A stretch of 64,000 nucleotides of DNA from Minisyncoccota bacterium (GTDB taxonomy: Bacteria; Patescibacteriota; Minisyncoccia; Phycocordibacterales; UBA2100): contig DATJXE010000003.1 of the NCBI GenBank assembly GCA_035500505.1, positions 267,605 through 331,604 of the forward strand. Direction: 5' to 3'. Positions within the stretch are counted from its first letter, which is position 1, and each line of letters begins with the position of its first letter. The notes beneath the pieces were generated by a model that saw only the letters and a list, made by a program, of their open reading frames with translations, made no database searches and was not told the DNA's origin. Made by a program: the position numbers and the translations under genes. Positions 60,248-64,000 of the stretch are shown piece after piece.

Positions 60248-60865
60248 ATGGCAGGAGAGCTCAACGTCCTCGTACTGAATGCTTCGCTCAAGCACGGCGA
60301 CAAGCTTTCGAGCACCGAAGAGGTCACAAAGATGGTGCTCGATGAAATGCAAAAGACCTCGCCCATCTCTTCGGAAACGATACGACTTTCCGACAAGCGT
60401 ATCCCGGTGGGACTTGGCTTCAAAGAGAGTGACGACGATGAGTGGCCGGACATCGTGAAGAAAATAATCGCCGCCGACATCGTCATTTTTGCCACCCCCA
60501 TCTGGTGGGGCGGGCGTTCGAGCCTCATGCAGCGAGTCATCGAACGCATGGACGCCTTTGATGAGGAAGCGCATGTCGAAGGCGGCAGGAGCGTGCTCCT
60601 GAACAAAGTTGCCGGCATCGTTATTACCGGCAGCGAAGACGGCGCGCAGGCCGTCATGGCGGGCATTATGGAAGTTTTGTCATTTTTGAATTTCACGCTG
60701 CCGCCACAGTGTTGCACCTACTGGGTCGGGGAAGTTGGATTCGATCCCGCGACCGACCGCGAGCGGCGCCTCAAAAACAAGGCCGTCGGCGCGATGGCGA
60801 AAGCGACGGCGAGGAATTTGGTGCAGACAGCGAAGCTTCTCAAGGAACATCCGCTGACGAGTTAA
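60248..60865 (+). CDS. flavodoxin-like NAD(P)H-dependent FMN reductase
   Basis: ADIVIFATPIWWG, KVAGIVITG. Confidence 0.88.
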   Translation: MAGELNVLVLNASLKHGDKLSSTEEVTKMVLDEMQKTSPISSETIRLSDKRIPVGLGFKESDDDEWPDIVKKIIAADIVIFATPIWWGGRSSLMQRVIERMDAFDEEAHVEGGRSVLLNKVAGIVITGSEDGAQAVMAGIMEVLSFLNFTLPPQCCTYWVGEVGFDPATDRERRLKNKAVGAMAKATARNLVQTAKLLKEHPLTS

Positions 60866-60917
60866 TAAAATCTGGATTTCTGCTAGAATGCGTGCGTCCG
60901 CCTGAGGCGGACGTTTT

Positions 60918-60978
60918 TGGGAGATCGTCTAATGGCAGTCGCCTCCACGGCGACCCGCCGCAAGGGCGGGGACAACTG
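60918..60978 (+). pseudogene. partial 5' copy of tRNA-Gln interrupted by two GC hairpins
   Basis: TGGGAGATCGTCTAATGG..[hairpins]..GACAACTG matches the 5' part of the tRNA at 61008. Confidence 0.75.
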
Positions 60979-61007
60979 TCCGCGTTACCGATCTTCCGAA
61001 GAAACAT

Positions 61008-61078
61008 TGGGAGATCGTCTAATGGTAGGACAACTGACTCTGGATCAGTTAATCTAGGTTCGAGTCCTAGTCTCCCAG
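61008..61078 (+). tRNA. tRNA-Gln(CUG)
   Basis: TGGGAGA/TCTCCCA acceptor, ACTGA-CTCTGGA-TCAGT. Confidence 0.94.
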
Positions 61079-62674
61079 CAGAGTTGGACTTTGAGAGCAG
61101 GTTTGCTCGAAAAGTCGTTGTTTTTCCTTGGTATCTATCGGTTCGAACCGTTTGTGTATCTCGCGCACCTCGTTTGAGATTTTCCTGACCGGGAATAGAC
61201 AGTTTTCCGTATCAATGCTCAGTATTTTGTTTTTGACCGTGAGGTTCGAACCGAGAGCTGCCAGAATGCTGCGACGCACCTCGAGGTTACCTTTCTCCAG
61301 CTTCCACTTCGCTTGTTCGATGAACGCGAACATCTCATCGGCTGTGTTCGCCCAACGCTCCACGCGCTCGGTCGTATTGTCGTAGTTGCTATCAAGCTGT
61401 TTCTTTTCGGCAAGTAGCTTCGCTTTCTTTTCCGCGTACTCCTCCGGCCCAATCTCTCCGGCGGCACGCATGTCGGTCAGGCCGTCGAGTTTTGCGAGAC
61501 ACGTCTTGTATGCCTTTTGTTGCGTTTGCACAAGCGCGTTACGTTGCTGGGCCTCTTTCGCATTCTGCTCCCTGAACCATTTCATCGCGAAGCTGTGGAA
61601 CTCCGGCGGGATCTCGAGCCGGTCGATCTCAGCGACGATTTGCTCCTTGAGTTTGGTTTCCTCAATACTACCTTGCGAACAGTCCGGCTTGATGCGTTTG
61701 GTGCAGTGATAGTAGACGTATCGGTGGACCTTGCCATTTTTCGGTCGCTTGAACTTCAGCTCGGCCGTGATAGCAGCACCGCACTCTCCGCAGCGCATCA
61801 TGCCGACAAAGTCGAACACATGAGTTTTTGGGCGCGGCCGGCCTTTGCGTCCGAGGATGACTTGAACTCGGTCAAACTCCTCCTCGGTGATGATGGCTTC
61901 GTGATTGCCGCGATACCAGTTGCCGGTCTTGAGCGGATACTCGAACATGCCATAGTAGACCGGGTTCGAAAAAAGATAGTACAGCGTGTTCCGGCTCATT
62001 TTCTTGCCGTTCGGCATGCGGAAACCCCAGACCCCATTCACCTCATTCAAAAGCTGCGGAACAGTGTAGGTGCCGGTCAGCATCAAGTCCCACATCTTTC
62101 TCACGAGCGGTAGTCGTTCAGGATCGCTCAACAACTTCTTGCTGCCGCGGGGAGTATGTTTGTCGTTCATGTAACCGACCGGCGCGTGGTTCGGCACGTC
62201 GCCGAGTTTCGCTTTCTTTTCGAGACCGCGCTTCACGTCTAATCCTTTTTTGTCGTTCTCCATTTTGGCTTGGCCGCAGGAGAGCGAGAGCATGAACTTG
62301 TCTATCGGAGTGTTTCGGAACGTCTGGCCCGGCGTGACTATCTCGCGGAGTTTGTCGCGGTCCATGAGGTCGATGAGTAGTGCCGCGTCCATCGCGTTGC
62401 GTGAGAGGCGATCAGCGTGCCACACGATGATGCCTTGTATTTCGCTGCGCTCTATGGCGTGCAGCATGTCGGAGAACCGCGGGCGATGGTTCGCCACCTT
62501 GGCCGACTTCGCCTCGCTGAACACGTGCTCGCTTTTTATTTTCGCACCGAGCGACTTCGCGATCTCCTCCGCTTTGTCGGCTTGCGCGTCGAGTGAGAGC
62601 ACCTGCCGGTCCTCGCTTTCAGTGGACTTGCGGCAGTAGGTTCCGTATTGGAGTTTAGTAGCTGTATCCTTCAT
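61067..62674 (-). CDS. large serine recombinase (resolvase, recombinase, Zn ribbon, coiled coil)
   Basis: YCRKSTE catalytic Ser motif, DRLSRN, PVGY, CGECG..YYHC. Confidence 0.93.
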   Translation of the reverse strand: MKDTATKLQYGTYCRKSTESEDRQVLSLDAQADKAEEIAKSLGAKIKSEHVFSEAKSAKVANHRPRFSDMLHAIERSEIQGIIVWHADRLSRNAMDAALLIDLMDRDKLREIVTPGQTFRNTPIDKFMLSLSCGQAKMENDKKGLDVKRGLEKKAKLGDVPNHAPVGYMNDKHTPRGSKKLLSDPERLPLVRKMWDLMLTGTYTVPQLLNEVNGVWGFRMPNGKKMSRNTLYYLFSNPVYYGMFEYPLKTGNWYRGNHEAIITEEEFDRVQVILGRKGRPRPKTHVFDFVGMMRCGECGAAITAELKFKRPKNGKVHRYVYYHCTKRIKPDCSQGSIEETKLKEQIVAEIDRLEIPPEFHSFAMKWFREQNAKEAQQRNALVQTQQKAYKTCLAKLDGLTDMRAAGEIGPEEYAEKKAKLLAEKKQLDSNYDNTTERVERWANTADEMFAFIEQAKWKLEKGNLEVRRSILAALGSNLTVKNKILSIDTENCLFPVRKISNEVREIHKRFEPIDTKEKQRLFEQTCSQSPTLLGD

Positions 62675-62688
62675 ACCTTCATTATGCG

Positions 62689-63795
62689 CTATCTTCGCGC
62701 GAGAAGCCGCTCCAAAATCGCCCTCTCTGCGTCAGTGAGGGGATAACCGCTGCCTTCGTTGGCTTGATAGTCCTTGAGTTTTTGTACGATGCGAACCGCA
62801 TCCTCCTCGCTCATGCCGCCGTAACCGTAGGAGCCAAAGGTGGTAGCGATATTCTCGTGCCCGAGGTTCAAGCTGATGGCGCGTTTTTCCTCCTCGGTGA
62901 GGCGCGTTTTGCTCATCATGCTGACGATGAGATGCCGGAATGAGTGGGGGTGGAAGTATCGCACTCCCGCATCGTGACACCTTTTTTCGAAGATCTTGCG
63001 GGCGGCATCCGTGCCATTCCAAAACGCTTTTCCCACATCGTCTTTGCTGTATCGCACCGAGCCCGCGTCGTGCAGTGTTGCAGGAAAGATGGGATCGTTC
63101 GGGCCGTACCCTTTTCGTTCAAGATACTCGTACCACTCCACGAAAAAGCGCTCTGGGTCGTCCCACCCGATCGGGAAGAACGTCGTGAGTATCGTTTTTG
63201 AGTTTTTGGTGTGAACGCCGTCGCCGGGATTTTGGTGTATCAGTCGCTTCTCTTTGTCGAAGTTCTTCATTCGGAGCGAAATGATCGCGAAGATGCGGCA
63301 GCCGGTGGTGAGGGCAAAACTGATCATCGCACGGTCGCGCCTGTCGATCTCGTTCTTTATCTCGATACCCTCGATGATCTTCTTTGCATCGTCGAAGGAG
63401 GGCGTTGCTCGCGTCGTGCCCGCCCGAGCGATGCGGGCATCACCCTTCGAGAGGCGCAAAAACTCGATCTCATTTTTGAGCACCTTGTTGCGATAGTCGG
63501 GCTGGCCGGAGAGCCATGTAAAGAAGCGCTTGAGGCGGCGCAGGTAGTTGTATTGCGACACGAGCGTGAGTTTGCCCGCCACCGTTTTGGTCTCGCGGGT
63601 TTTGAGCCAATCTCGGAAAGAAGTCGCCGTGGTTTTGTTGAAGGAACCGAAGTCCTCGTTATCGGTGAAGGTCTGCCACTGGCTGATGGCTTCCGCGAAC
63701 TTACTGACCGATGCCGGGGCGAACCCTTCGGCCCCCCGAAGATGCTCAAAAAACTCTCGCTTGAGCTGCTCGTTTTTGTAACTTGTTTTTGTCAT
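62689..63795 (-). CDS. tyrosine recombinase/integrase
   Basis: TGCR, TKN, HSFRH, LGH..TTFGSY catalytic set. Confidence 0.9.
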   Translation of the reverse strand: MTKTSYKNEQLKREFFEHLRGAEGFAPASVSKFAEAISQWQTFTDNEDFGSFNKTTATSFRDWLKTRETKTVAGKLTLVSQYNYLRRLKRFFTWLSGQPDYRNKVLKNEIEFLRLSKGDARIARAGTTRATPSFDDAKKIIEGIEIKNEIDRRDRAMISFALTTGCRIFAIISLRMKNFDKEKRLIHQNPGDGVHTKNSKTILTTFFPIGWDDPERFFVEWYEYLERKGYGPNDPIFPATLHDAGSVRYSKDDVGKAFWNGTDAARKIFEKRCHDAGVRYFHPHSFRHLIVSMMSKTRLTEEEKRAISLNLGHENIATTFGSYGYGGMSEEDAVRIVQKLKDYQANEGSGYPLTDAERAILERLLARR

Positions 63796-64000
63796 GATGC
63801 GGTTTCTTGGGTTAGTTTCGGATAACGGACATTCAAGTGCTATGGCGGAGTATCAAATAGTCCTTTCTGGTGGGGTTTGATTGTCCTGCTCATTTTGCCG
63901 CTACAGACACTGCAACGGGCTACTTTCCGGTCGTAGAGCGTCTCTGCCGAGCCGCGTTTTGCCAGTCGTGGTGCCTTGCAGGTCATACAGAAGAACTGGC

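Larger units (their letters stand above)
61067..64000 (-). mobile_element. left end of a putative integrative element at tRNA-Gln
   Basis: two recombinases abut the tRNA 3' end; the other boundary lies outside the window. Confidence 0.7.

Overview
A roughly 60% GC bacterial chromosome segment. It looks like Patescibacteria/CPR, probably Parcubacteria; this is inferred from gene content, the shortened RF2, the multi-pilin type IV pilus locus without a visible secretin, and peptidoglycan-binding surface proteins. Housekeeping genes: tmRNA, smpB, ftsH, pyrB, pyrC, malic enzyme, recG, dsbA, dsbB, ligA, gatC, gatA, prfB, ftsE, ftsX, pyrG and guaB. There is a type IV pilus cluster at 25.5-38.5 kb and eight intact tRNA genes. 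Two accessory regions stand out: an AT-rich three-gene island with an HNH nuclease downstream of tRNA-Ser, and a serine plus tyrosine recombinase pair at tRNA-Gln. The most unusual signals are non-coding. (1) A family of structured elements flanks the tRNA genes; they share a scaffold but carry direct and inverted copies tailored to each neighbouring tRNA. (2) One tRNA-Ile(UAU) gene is nested inside the anticodon loop of a second, split tRNA-Ile(UAU). (3) A conserved ~118-bp site follows genes of the tRNA-Ser island, giving a cassette-like layout. (4) Leaderless promoter architecture (TANNNT-N6-ATG) is pervasive and includes a 22-bp bidirectional palindromic promoter. All calls were made by eye; no searches or folding programs were run.
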